Shown here in pieces: positions 1 through 13,462 of a stretch of DNA of 64,000 nt; the first letter of the stretch is position 1; every line of letters begins with the position of its first letter. The position numbers and the translations under genes are program-made. The notes beneath the pieces were generated by a model. The model had not been told where the DNA came from. It did no database searches and was given only the letters and a program-made list of their open reading frames with translations. Origin of the DNA: Raillietiella orientalis (lineage: Eukaryota); NCBI GenBank assembly GCA_036172245.1, contig JAYWIR010000003.1, positions 1,984,001 through 2,048,000 of the forward strand, in the 5' to 3' direction.

Positions 1-360
1 TTTAACACCATCAGGCAATCCTATTTATCTGGAGGTGCCTGAAGAACCTGGAATAAATTCCGTGATGAGAATGGAACCCAGAAAGGTCAAATGCATGATG
101 TAAGCTGGCCCGCCTGTTTTTACGTCAGACATTTGCATGACATGTTTGCATTGCTTGGTCAGGGTCGCAAAAAGCTCTTGGAGGTAGCGAGTGGCAGGAC
201 GTAGATTTCGAACTCGGCGGCAGGTGGTCTTGGTGTAAGGGACAATCTGTGAGGACGGCTACGACAGTCCACGGTTCTCGGAGAATCGCGGGGTATTTCG
301 GTAAGGAATGGTGGAGAAAAAGGAAGGATCACCGCGACGAAGGCACGTCCGACGGCTAAT
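1..360 (-). mobile_element. Heavily decayed RT-like fragment, possibly DIRS-type retrotransposon
   Basis: Broken minus-strand frames give HLTFLGSIL, resembling the RT 'xxFLG' motif, downstream of a degenerate YxDD-like region. Many frameshifts. Confidence 0.2.
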
Positions 361-1299
361 TCGATATCAGGGTTAGAAAATTAGTAGTGATTGAGATCAA
401 AAAAATGAATTGAAAATGGGCAATTCGGGATTTCAGTTCCCTGTGGAATTTGCGTTTGAAGGGAAGGACAGTATTCAGCGGGGATTGCTCCTTCCTTGGA
501 TTTTCGTACCAGTGCCTGCATTTGCATCCAGAATAGAATTTATCGGGAGTACGTGATAGAAACAAACTTCGTGACATTCGCGTTCCTGCCTCCGCTGCGG
601 GGTGTGCAAGAGGATACCAAATCTGTGGGTTCATCTGTGAAACTCCCCGGCAGCGCCGCTCGCAGCCGAACCACGTCTGTTTATTTTCCTTTCTTTCCCC
701 AGCTAGCTCCTCATTCAGATTCCCGCCTCCGAGCTCCGCAGAGAAATGCAAAAAAGGCTATCACAATGTTTGTTCTCCCGTCTGCTTCCAATCTCCGTGT
801 TGCCGTCCGTTCTGTTGTTTCGGCGCTCTCATCCGCCCAACCCCGACCGACTGACTCCGAAAGCTTTTCCATATTGCGTGAGGGCAGCTGAAAATTCACC
901 TCGGCAGCTGCACCTCTGCCACGTCTTCGGCGTCTTGAAAAGTTGGCCGGTGGATTCACGCACGTCGGCAGCTCGGTCGGACGTGAGAAGACTAGGTCAC
1001 TCACTCATCTTCGGTTCCGGAGGAACGAAACTTCAATTCCGTTACGACGTGGGCTAGGGACTTGCTACAGAAATGTACAAGGAACACATCGGAGACATTT
1101 GGCGTTCTTTATGGTCAGTGGATTTTCTGCTTTGCTGTGAGCATTCCTCAGCTGCTTACGTAACTAGAATACATTACTTAGGTAGTAATATGTAGTGGAT
1201 ATTTTGTTTTTATGAAGAAACCATTAGTACGCATTGCTATCTTAAGGTCATTATGGGTCATTCTGTGGTGTTGAGAGTTTATACGTTGTAGTAATGAAT

Positions 1300-3200
1300 C
1301 GGTAAACGGAGCCGTACCTCTGGAGCATTTGTACTGCGTAGACTTAATTGTATTCCAGCGTTGCATTGCAGTGTTTAAGGGGAAGTAAAGCAAATCCTTG
1401 AAATTATTGATTCGCAGTGATTCTACATAGACCTCAGATAACTAGAAGGACCACTTTGTTATAAGTTTGGTTTGCGAAGGTGTTTCTTACTCCCCTCTTC
1501 AAGCATTTCTACTCAACTCCATTTATGGAAACCTCGTGTCTTCGTTCGGCAATTCACTGTGCATTCTTAAGTCTCTACTGAATCGGCTAAAAAAACGTGC
1601 AGAGGCCGTAGAAAATTTGTGAGAACGCTCTGAGGGAGCATCCGTGCGCGTTCGATTCCGAAGAGGAGAGTAGCTGCATCATGGCTCTCGTCTTTCCTAG
1701 AAGACTCCATTTTTGCCCATCGCACATTGCCAAAGCCTCATCCCTCCCGTTAAAGCTACAAAATGCAGTCCATACGAGTGCACAATTACTACTTGAGAAG
1801 TACAGAAATAGCAGCACCGAAACGTCCGTTGCTTCTCTTAGAGACAGCATCCTAGAAACAAGTACCTTTAGAAAAGTTATCAAAAGACCGACGATTCGAA
1901 TCCCAGTTCGAGGAGAAAAAACTCGGGTTCTCTTGGAAGCGGTTGCTTCTCTACAAATAACCTAGCCGTTTTCCATCTCCGATCTTAGCTATCCAAGGGG
2001 GAAAGGGAGATCCCTCCGATAACTACGATAAGATATGAATTTTGAATTTGTTTCTTTATTTAGGCTCTCCGATTTGGAAGCCAAGAGAAGAGAAGTTCAG
2101 ATTCCCTTCTGAAAACACTCTCGGAATACAAAGCAGACCGTCGTCATCCACGTTAACGAACAGCGACGTCACTCATCCTTAAGAAAAAGAACGTCGAGTA
2201 TCTTACTCCGGTGAATCCCCAAATGTAGTTCTGGGGAGCCAACATCAGAAATGGGTAGCGTCGGAATGGTGTGTCTGGAAGCACAGTAATGGTTTCCTGT
2301 TTCCACTGAGGAATATACAAATACTTTAGAGCGCTTACGTCGGGTGCTCGAAGATCGGGTGCTTTCGCCAGAGGTATTCTAGTCAAACAAATTCGCAAGC
2401 TAATTTAAGAAGGAAAATCCTGTTTTTAATCGTTTACGGCTGATTTTATTTATTATTTATATGTGAGCAATAAATTACATAATTTAACAATAACAGATCA
2501 TGAGTATCGTACTTGGAAATCCGTAAAATGTACCTCTTCTAACTCTTCCTCTTGTCCAAGAAGTTTCGATGCGTGCTGGGCATCTCCCCCCCCCCCAGAT
2601 GAAGAACAAAAGGCCGAACTACGTAGCAGCTTCGCAGATGCAACTTGGGAACAGAAAGGTCCCATACCAATGCCTCCGGGATTCAGTTGATGGCGTGTTC
2701 TCGCGTCAATTATCCAAAATGGATCCCTTAGCAAACTTATCCTCCGCATGGTTACGCAGAAAAGAAACTTGCGCACGAAAATGATGGCACATGAGAAAAG
2801 TGTACTAGAAATTCCCGGTCAGTTTTAGTTCAGAGTCTATGGATAGATACTTTTCCCCCTTAAAAGGTTACAGCTGACTAGCTAAAATTCTACTACAGTT
2901 TTGAGGATCATCTACAAGAGTTCTGCTCCTTGCAGAACCCTGTAGATTACTTCCGTGATCCTTTCCGAATCCCGTTTACACTGAGCACATCTCAAAGCAA
3001 CATCGAGATTTTTAAGACACATCCCTAGGGAAGAAGATACTTCCCGTGTGCTGAAATTATTGATCCCAAATCACTTCTGAACACTCGCGGATATCAAATT
3101 TTGCTTCCTTGTATCAGTTGGAATCTGTATCATGAGGATGGCTACTCATGCAACAAACACTCGGAATTTAATCAACTCCAAAACAGTGCACTTGAAGCCC
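1300..3200 (+). mobile_element. Decayed DIRS-like retrotransposon remnant (RNase H / MT-like region)
   Basis: LKLLIRSDST at about 1398 resembles the DIRS RNase H 'xLIRSDN' motif. ALVFPRRLHFCPSHI..LKL at 1681 weakly resembles the DIRS MT-like segment. No intact ORF; boundaries approximate. Confidence 0.3.
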
Positions 3201-3249
3201 CGACGAACATGAGCAACACACACGTATTTGGGACAGAACATTAAGCATT

Positions 3250-3900
3250 AAATTCTTTGTTCATGCATCATACACCCTCCCAGAGGTATGCGTACAAATA
3301 CAGCTTTAGGATAAGCATGGAGAAAGAGTATCCAGATTTTTTTAAGGAGTAATCTGTCTCTTGTGTTCCAATCAAGGTGCATTATTTTGGTAAAATGTTT
3401 TTTTAGAACTGAGACATCAGTAAACAAATTTATCATCTTTCCCGGAATATTTCCCAAAAGATTCCCGATGCATCACATAAGAAAGGAAAATGTGCTCAAC
3501 ATCAGCTTAGGTAGAGGTAAAAGTATGGAACAAGGAAAATGGTTTGCTGACAACCCTTTCTTTAGTCCACATCTATGGCCACACATAAAATCATGGCTGA
3601 ACTAGTTAGGAATCGAATGTTTCTAATGAGGATTGAAATTTCTATCCTTCGAAAAAGGAAGGGCAGAATCAGTATGTCGAATGAAGAAAGTTGAGAATTT
3701 TTTTCGGCATAAATTTCCTCAAAGAGCCAAGACAAAACAAGTTCCGTCTAACGAGGAAAGGCTAAAACTTTGGAAACAACAGCATGAACTTTCATTCATA
3801 TGAAAGAGGAAAAAAAAGTTGTGCAATGCCTCTATTTCTAACTAACACTCAAGTGAGAAAGAACTCTTTAGCTTGAATCACAATATTACATATGTGAGAT
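3250..3900 (-). mobile_element. Decayed DIRS-like RNase H fragment
   Basis: Minus ORF 3248-3457 contains NLFTDVS, matching the RNase H start 'LFTDAS'. Otherwise degraded. Confidence 0.3.
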
Positions 3901-5284
3901 GCAGTAAATGCTTCTGACCTAAAAGAGCAACATTTCCTGGAAAAACTGGAGCAAAACAAGGAGCATTCGACTCACTGTTTATCAACATGTTTTCTTTTGC
4001 ATCATACAAAACATGATAAATAGTGAATCGAATTTAACATTCCAATTCTGCGAAAAATCATACATCACGTTCTTTGATTTTATGAATATCATAGTCATTA
4101 AAAAAAATTACGTAACACGGACGACTGTGCTGCAATCCAGAGGTTGTTTCATATGCTTTGCAGGATATTTTGACGAAAAAATGAAATTTATAGTGCGATG
4201 AGATTTCCCTTCTAAGCAGAATATTCATCCAGTTAAGAGAAATCTGCATCATATGAAAGCAGCATCGTGATGTAGTATCATAGCACCACTCAAATTAAAG
4301 TGCAGTGAACGTTCATCTTTTTCTCCTTTGTCTCATCTGCAAAGGCATATCTATATTCGCTCACAAACCTGATAGAAACTCTTTCAAATTAGTGGCAACG
4401 TAAAAATGGGAATAAGTTTTGCCAGTACTTGAACAACACTTCAAAAGAGAATACTGAAGAAGAAACTGGACTGTACGCATGGACTAAGTTCTGAACATAA
4501 TAATCCGTAGATTTCTTCCTCATGTTTCTTCTTCTTCCTTTCTTATTCTTGTTAAAGAATTCCACTTTTACATCGTTTCGAATTTGAAAGTGAAACGCAC
4601 AGTCGTTGCATTCTGGATTTCCCAAATAATCAAGGAGTCCATTACAAGCTCATTTTTGAGCTAAAGTTGTTGCCAAAAAAAGCCTTTTCAAACAGAATAT
4701 AAATGCAACCTTAAATGAGTCTATAAATATCTTTCACTTTTCTGCTCCCCATTAGTTTCTCTTTACCAATCATAAATTAATCCTCTAATTTATTTACGAA
4801 TTTTGCTCTCTAATGAGCTCTGTTCTCACTCTAATGATATTTAAGCTTTCGAACATTTCCACTCTAGGCTGGAGTCCTTTTAAACAACAGCTCCTTTTTT
4901 ATTTTAAATGCAGAAGGTATTACGAACTGGGTATCGGCCGGTTCGTACTCATAACCGAGATTTCTCAGTCGGATTCTTGCAAATAAATGGCAGAGGATAT
5001 TTTATCACAGTATTATATACAAAGAGAAATACTTTGTACACATGACAAATGTAAAGCAGAATCGAAATATCTCGTAAAATACTTTCGAGTACAGTAGTTT
5101 ACAATTAAATAATAAGATAAAATCTGAGAAGCCAATTAGCATATATAACAACAATAAAGGATGTTTTCTATTTCCAAAAAACTTAAAGACGATAAATATT
5201 GATAATATCTTATAATAGTTGTTCTCACATCTCAATAAATTACTACAAAGTTCCCAATTTCCACCGGAATCACTTAATCTCAGT

Positions 5285-8200
5285 TCACAATTCCTCATGA
5301 GATTCTCCTTCTTTTTCTAGTGTGCTGGAAGCATCTTCAAGAAAGTCATCTAAAAATAAAGCAAGTGGTTAAACAAGAATAAGGAACAGCTTTTATCAAA
5401 ATTCACTGTATTTTTATATTTTTATGAAATACAAAAATGCAATAAATAATTAACTGTCATTCATTTAAATATTATCTAGCCAACAAATCTCAACATATAT
5501 AAATATAAACGAAATCAAAGGAATAGCAATTAAAACAGCTTCTATGAAATCAAATGCTTGATTCATACAAGTGTACAGTACAAATAGTTTACACAAATGG
5601 TTCTTGTCCTGACAGATATTACTTCCACAGAATGATTACAACCAAAAGGGATTACAATTGTTAACTGAGAAATTTGGGGGATTTTTCCTAGATATTTCAA
5701 GCAATGGTTTTGGAAAACTATGCTAAGTTACACAGTCAGCACTCTGCCTACCTTTTTCAAGTCCATCATCTGCTGGTGACTGGTCACCAACATCCAAATT
5801 TTCTTCTGTCACATTTTCCCCTGGCAAGTCAGACTCTTCTTCATTTGATTTATAAGTGTCATTGCTGTGAGTATCATTTTGAGAATGCAATGTGGCATTC
5901 CACAGTAGTTCCTCTGCCTCCTTACGCATTCGTTGTGCCTTAATATTTCGGGCTTTATTGATCAAGTACTTGATCTCTCGATCTAAAGCTGCCATCTTTT
6001 CAGCCACTTGGAGCACAGTTAGCTTTACTGGTTCAAAGAGAGGAGTAGCATCCTGTTCCTTGATCATCACCTTTTTCCATTCCTTGAAAAAAAGTTCATA
6101 ACACCCATGCAAACCACTGAATGATGATTACTTCTGTGTCATTAACAAGCTTCTGCAAAGTAAGCAACTCCACTTGTGTAAAGTCCTGCAGAGAGGAATT
6201 CAAAACTTGAGCCAGGAATGTACGAGATACATTAAGCATTTGATGCAATGCTTGAAGTGCTTCTGGACGTTGCTGATGCTCCCTGACACGGTCATACAAA
6301 TCTCGTGTCAATAGTTGCAACTCTGATAGTTTTTTCTGGTAAACTTCAGTAGGAGCATCTATTCCATCCTCATATAACCAATCAGAGAACTATGAACACT
6401 TATATAATGAAAATAGAAAAGTAACTGACCTCAGAACAGCGCTTCAAAATATTTGTTTGCTCTTCTATACCTGATGCCTTCTGGTATTCTTCCTGAGAAA
6501 GTCGATTCTGAGTATCCAAGATGAAGCTTTCAAGACCATTGAAAGCTGCCTCTCTTTTCTTCCTCTGCTGATCCAATAAATCCAAACGATGCAATTTAGC
6601 TTGAGATGCTTGCATAAATTTGGTTGTGGGATCCTTCAGGTCCATCCATTTATTTATCTGTTCCACAGGTACCTTAAGAGTCTTTCGATGCAATTTAGAG
6701 CCAACATTTTCAGTGTCATTCACAGCTGTCTGGTTGACAGAAGTCAGGTTATTCACTGCATCAGACAAATTAAATACAACAGGTGGAGAAGAAACTTCAG
6801 GAACTGCACCTCCAAATAACTTGCTGATAGTGTTGCCCAGACGAGACAAAGTAGACTCTTCATTCCCATCTGATTCATCTTCATCAACTAACACTTCAAA
6901 TATGTTTTCAATGCCCGTGATACTCAGCAAGCCACTGTCATCTAGCACAAAATGCACTTTGACTCCTCTATGTTCTGTCCTATCTGCTGGGTAATGTTCA
7001 AGAGTGCTATTAATCCCCCTAACATCAACTTCAGTCAAATTCAGAAAGCTTATAAAGGGCAAATCACGTTCAGGTAGATGTTGCAAGTCCCCAAGATTCA
7101 CATAAAACACAAAGTCATGTACATGGCGACTAAAGGTCATCACCTTCTTTTGTGGATAAGGATTCAAGGGTCCAAAAAGGATCCGACGGATTATTTTATG
7201 CTCCTGCTCAGGATCTTCTTTTTGAAAATCTACCACAATGGGGAAGAGAACAGCATCTTTGGCCAAAAACTTTTTGATCTTGAACCCTTTTGCTAATTCA
7301 GCAGCTCTAAGAGCTGCTCCTAAAGCAGCAGCTTCATCAGCATTTACTGATTTTCCTAATTCTTTGCCTACTAACTCCTGCAACTTTTTTTGCACTGCTG
7401 GAGTACGTGTAGCTCCACCCATCAGAATCACTTGATCTACATCAGCTAAAGTCAATTCTGCTTGCTGAAGAGCTACATCAAGTGGTTCATGCAATCTTTC
7501 CAATAAGTCTTGGTAAAGATCTTCAAACTCAGTACGTGTAACCAATGCCTTAAAATCTGTATCTCCTAATAAAGATTCCACTTGTGCCATGTACTGAGTA
7601 TTGGCACTCAACACATTTTTTACTCGAGCTGCCTCCCTTAATAGTTTAGTCATTGCTCGATGGCTCTCAAACACACGACCATCTTTCCCATTGTCTTTAT
7701 CAAACTGCAAAGCAAGATGATCTCTTAGCCGAATCTGCAACTCGAGGCCACCCAGAGTCCTGTCATAACTAAACAGTACAAGTAGAGACTGTTTCTACAT
7801 AATGAGAACTGACCCAACTCCTAAAATCGTGAGTTGTGGATGACTCTCTGTAACTCCTCTCTCCTTACTTTTCATCAACTGATATCCCGCCAAAGTTACC
7901 ACAGTGCTGGTGGCACCAACATCAAAAAACAAAATTTTCTGCATGCTCTCATTGAATTGCTGCCTCCGAAAAATACCATAATTTAAGGCCACTAAATACA
8001 ACAGATTTTAAGATGATTTTCCCACTTCTCACCTGCTAAATTGCTATTAATGAGCTGTAGCACTCTAAGGTCAGCTAAATCTGCTGCTCTTAAAAGAGCT
8101 CTTCTCTCAGCTTGATTAAAAAAGGGAGGTACTGTAATGACAACTTCCTTGATAGGTTTTTGACTGGTATGTTCTTCTGCAAATTCTCGTGCTTTGACTA

Positions 8201-8832
8201 GAATCATGGACAGCAACTCTTCAGGAGTAAAGTGTGTCTCTCTTGTGGGATAAATGAAAGGCATTTTAAGGATTAGAAACTACATACTCATCATGACGAA
8301 AGATGACACTACCAGTATCTGGATCAGGGAAAATATCGTAATAGGGAAACCTTTCACGAAATCTTTGAACCTGGGGATGTTCAAATTTTTTCCCCAATAC
8401 CTCCAAGAGGTAAAAATACTGTTGCTTTGGAAACCGAGTGCCAAGAATAAGTGCATCTTCACCAAAATGCCTTTCACCATCACGGAAAGCAACGCTAACT
8501 GGCGTTTTTCTTTTTGATTCCTTGTTCAGAGCAATATCCATGGGAACTCCGGGCTAAAATCCATTTTATAAACGATTCACTCAAATAATTAATAAAGCAA
8601 AATAGCTTAAGTATTGAATTCTTAGTCTACTTCCATATGAAAACAAAATGCTTTGGAATCCAAAATTATTTACCGAAACAGTGGCAACTTTCATCCATTC
8701 ACTGCCTAAATCTATGCTCATCACAGCTACTTGATTGGTCACTCCAAATAAAAACGAAAATACGAGGAATAGGAATCCGATTAACATGCTTCTACACAGG
8801 TTGGATTTGAAACCATACATCAGCGACGGCAT
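5285..8832 (-). CDS. HYOU1: Hypoxia up-regulated protein 1 / GRP170, ER Hsp70-family nucleotide exchange factor
   Basis: Signal peptide followed by VMSIDLGSEWMKVA, PMDIALNKESKRKTP, ITVPPFFNQAERRA, DVGAT, YDRTLGGLE, ILMGGATRTP and NADEAAALGA; C-terminal ER retention signal HEEL*. Predicted exons (minus): 8832-8674, 8553-8288, 8241-8033, 7991-7814, 7768-6430, 6389-6132, 6082-5752, 5349-5285. All introns are GT-AG and in phase. The start could be a downstream Met (8787). Confidence 0.96.
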
Positions 8833-10856
8833 CTGAAATATTATGATCATATTACCTGAATTATAACTGCTAAGCAAACACGAAATACATATAGTCATAA
8901 CAAATTACAATACATAACATACTCTAACATGAGCAGCTGTGTCCTCGATTCGAATTATATTTTCGAATGTATGACAATGTATGCCTTCATCATACACTCT
9001 TTAGTTTTGTCCACCTGATAACTTTATACAACCATTACCGCAAAAAAAAAAAGAAAAGAAAGAAAGCACTTATCAGCATCGTGCTCGGCAACTTATAAGA
9101 ACCAACCACGTTACCACCTGAACCCACATCCTAAGTACAATCATTGCATCATGCATACGTGTAACGACTGAAATGGAAAAGGCTGGGAAACGTGTTCACA
9201 TTCACACAAATGGTTACTAAATGGCATAGAAAATCAAACTTAGTGTGGATCAAAGCTAATAATATCTGATTGAGATTACCGGTTAAAACGTGTACGTACT
9301 ACCGAATTGTTGCATTCGTGTACCAACATCTGCATTCAAATGAGCGTGACTAAAAGAGTTGCTAAAGTTGCTAAATTGAAGAAATAATGCACTGAAAGCA
9401 ATTCGAGGCAATCAAATCAAAGTTATATTCTTTTAACAAAAAAAATTATGAAGATTCAGAGTTTTTCTTTCAGAGCCACATTTTTTTGTCCCCTACTTCT
9501 TCCAATGGATGTACTTTAATTGTTGGTGATGCACTGAGAGAAGTACTTTATAATTGAAAAAAAATTTGAGATCATCGCATCAAAATAGAGTAAAATAGTG
9601 TAAAGAAACCAGAGACTTTTATGTATCATCCTGCATCCTGTAAAAACCAAATACAATGGATGGTGCAAATACAGCTTTGCAGATTCTGCTACTTGAAAAG
9701 CAAAAAATTAACTGAAAATAACTAATCAGGAAAAAGTGAATCATGCTGAATGATGCCATCACTAATTACAACTTCATTTCAAAACACTGAAACATTTTTT
9801 ATTGTAGAAACAGTGAATATTTCAGTTGTTAGTTCTTCAATTTCTTGAGACCTATGAATTTCAGGTGACAATACACTGTTGTATGAAATGAAATTATGAT
9901 TTTATTATATCTCAATCACGGAAATACTCATCCTTTTGATTGTGAAGTATGTGTACGTAATGCATTTCAAAAGTTTCCATTTAGAAGCTTCATGTGAAGT
10001 CACAGCAATATGATTTACCCATAATCCATAATATGAAAATAACCATCTTCAGTAATAAGAAATGAGGATCTAGAAAATAACTAGTCGTCTTATTCTTTGT
10101 TGTAATATCATTGACTGTTTTAGGAAATGTATTCTAAACGGTTTCCGGTGCAATCTTTGTACCACAAGAAAATATCGTATTCTACACAGATGTTAAAGCA
10201 CTATTATTTCTGTTTCTTTTCCTTACTTATAAAAATAAAGGTGGACCAGACTTCTGTATCAACTGATCAACATGTGAGTTATTGAAATCATAAAACAGTT
10301 CCATTTCTCATTGATTATCTAGTGAAGAAGTGACCATAGCAAATTTTACGATCATCCAAATTAATGATAACACCATATGAATTCTCTTGCCCATGTTCAG
10401 ACTTTTCAACACTTGTTCTCTCGATTTTTTAATACGTTATACGAATTTTTTAGTCAAGAAGTGTGCAATGGAGCTGGTTGGCCGAGACATTCGGGCGTGG
10501 CACTGGTGGTCGTTTTAACGTTCCCCGATGAAGGCCGGAACAATGGGATTTGACTTCTAATTTCCTTTTCCAAAGTTTTAAAAGATCCTTTTGGATCATA
10601 TACTCACATCATGTGCCTGTCTTACATAAGAAATGCAGCTCCTGAAGTCACAGATAAATTTTCATTTCAGTTACTACATCTCAGTATTCTTAAATTACTG
10701 TCCTAGGAAATGTCCGAATATGAATAATTCTGAAAACCCTAGGGACTAATAAACGTGGTAACAGTGCAAATAGCCTTGTGCTATAGCAATGTTAATAAAT
10801 AAACTCAAAGAAAATTTGGAACAGAATGAATGGCGCAAAAAATTCTGACTGAGAAC

Positions 10857-12414
10857 TGAACTGACCGAATCAATGGGAAAAGGATTGGGCTTAAAAATCA
10901 ACGCCTAGAAGTCACAGCTGTTGCCTATCGGGATCCTGGACCTCTTTGCGTTAACGGTGACGGAATTCCAGTCGGTGGACAAAAAGTACCTGGGAATCCG
11001 CGTTGGAGATGTCGGAGATGCCTCGGCGTCCAAATTTTGCGGAGGGAAATCCTAAGAAAACTCAGGGAAGAAGACTCAAAATGCATTCGATTCGACTTCA
11101 GCATGAAACAGAGGACGAACTTGTGTAACGGGATGCTTCTTCTCAAGATGCTCTTCGGGGTGGGTTTCTGCCAAGTGGATAAGACGAGGATGGAGGCGAA
11201 ACAGTTACAATGGAAGATTTTATGAAGAAAACACAAGCCGCAAGTTACGCTGACACTTTTATGCCGCTTGCGAAAGAAAGGTGAGACCAGGGCGAAATCG
11301 TTGGAGCAATCCGTGGACAGCCTGGATGCGCGAAAACTCCTGGATCTCACTAACTAGGACCAGTGGTTTTATGAAGCACACAGGACCTACTCGAAGTTGA
11401 CAACTCAAGATGCTTGATTTCATCCCTAATAAACAAACATGGAGGATGGGAAGAAATCGACCTTACGTGGAAACGAAAACAGATAATGATAATGAATCAC
11501 CAAATCAAGACTGCCTCGAAGCAAGGAATTATGACAGGAAGAACTGGCAATGGTGATCCCGTATTTCATAGGGGTCTCTTGGGAGAACTGGAAATGGACA
11601 ATCCAAAGGTTATGAATAACCATCCGTGACTGCGAACAGTTCTCAACGACTGGCAGTTTCCATAAAATGCGACTGTAACTCTGCATTATGAAAATGATGG
11701 AAAGATTAAGCCACAGGACTCTCGGGCTCTAAAAGAAATTAGACAAGAATCTGGAAGAACGATTGTACTACCGGACACTCAGGATCACATCCTGATGTTC
11801 TACCGTGAAGGAATACTGAGTAGCTACAGAACGAAGCACTGGACAGACAACAGCCACGACGAGTTCTGCATGGCATGTAGAGTTAAAGAAACCCAACTTC
11901 ACCATCTCACCTGCCCGACGCTACTCCTGGACTGGGCAACGCTGATGCCATTGATGGGCCTGCCGTAGACCCCGAGAATGAAGATTTTGGCGGAAACGTT
12001 TGAAGGGAAAGGAAACGTACCCTGATACAAGCCCATGGTCCTCACTAACATCACTCTCTTCATCACAAGCATCGCGATAGGGGCAAAAATGAGCAACACC
12101 AAAGCAGTAGTGTTTGGCATCCTAAAGAGAGTTTTGCAGAGGGAAATATGTATCAGGAACTGAGACGAAATACCCGCCTGGACATACCGTTGCATGTTGA
12201 AGATGCCAGATGATTACCCAAGTGAGTGGAATGCTCACCAGACCCAAATGATCCCATCCCAGGGAGAGAATACTGAATATGACACAAGAAAGTAACACCC
12301 AGAGGTAAACTTTTCTGTCTAGAAACACTGAACAAAGTGTCTGCAATAATGTGTAAATGGAGGAATTGTATGAAAGTTCAATAAATTCACCCCATCGCTG
12401 GTCGGACTGCGAAA
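10857..12414 (+). mobile_element. 5'-truncated, decayed non-LTR retrotransposon (L1/Tx1-like ORF2 C-terminus), copy A
   Basis: Broken frames give REILRKLREED and DHILMFYREGILSSYRTKHWT..FCMACRVKETQLHHLTCP, a zf-RVT/CCHC-type end homologous to ORF 28109-28720. 3' end is AATAAA (12380) plus hairpin. Candidate 9-bp TSD ACTGAGAAC at 10848-10856 and 12415-12423. Confidence 0.75.
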
Positions 12415-13462
12415 ACTGAGAACGCAGAATAATTCTCTTCGAAGCAATTTAAGCATTTTGTAACTTTGCATTTATGATGTGGCTAAGGATTTTTCAGGCC
12501 TTCCAGCCTAACGCTGTGATTTTAGAGCATAATCGGTTTTGTTTTTCATCGATTAGGAAGCATGTAACACATGATTACCAATTTTCCTCATAGGCGATAG
12601 AACTTGAAAATTTTACATGAAATAACCTTAGCTGAATAGTGAAAAAGAAAAAACAAAAAAGGCAGATGTCTCTTGTTCGTTTATTTGCAGTTTGATGTAG
12701 ATTTCCTCCTTATATTTTTCCACTAAGACTTAATCGGGCAGTTGGAGCTTGTCTGATAGAAATAAGTAATGAGAAACACCGTATGAATGTAAGGAATATT
12801 TTAGATCCTTTTCCAGCTTGTTATGATGGGGAAAAGCTGAGTTTTAAAGATGGCGTTCTCAATGATAACCATGAAGCTGCGACTATGAAACGGAAAAGGC
12901 GATTATGAGATTTTCTCTTCCTGGTGAAAATTTGATCAGATTGAAGTTCTTTGAGGGAAATGATTATATGCGGTCACATGCGTTGGTGCATTGAGCCCTG
13001 AATGTTGGAAACGAAAATCAAGATATTTTAGTATGAATGAATGAATGCAGTATGAGTTTGTTTTATCATTTGAGTCCTATTTAAACATCGTATGGTAGAG
13101 CGCAGAGTTCGGAAGACTCTGTATCAATATGACAATGGTAAGATTAAATAATAAAAAGATGAAACAATAAATACACATCAATAAAAACTTTTTCCCCATA
13201 TCAATTGGATGTACCAGTGCATGTGTGATTTATGGAATACTTGCAGTGAAGGATTGCTTGTGGAAATGTTTATGTATACGTCCCATTGCAATGAAATGCG
13301 TATTATATGAATATGCTATTTTAAAAGAACTAATGATAATTTTTCATTCATCAGTATCTTCTGTATGCCTTATACATGAGTGTCCCCCGCACTACACCAA
13401 GAATAGTAATTCTCTACGAGAAAGAAAAAAAAAATCACATTTATTGCCAAGCGTAATTCATT

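Noticed and set aside
5723..5752. HYOU1 apparently lacking an ER-retention signal (the ORF track ends SADCVT)
   Set aside because: A downstream in-phase exon (5349-5285) supplies HEEL*.
10488..10560. GC-rich patch with A-box-like TGGCCGAG between HYOU1 and ALG12
   Set aside because: No B-box or cloverleaf, so an RNA gene cannot be supported.
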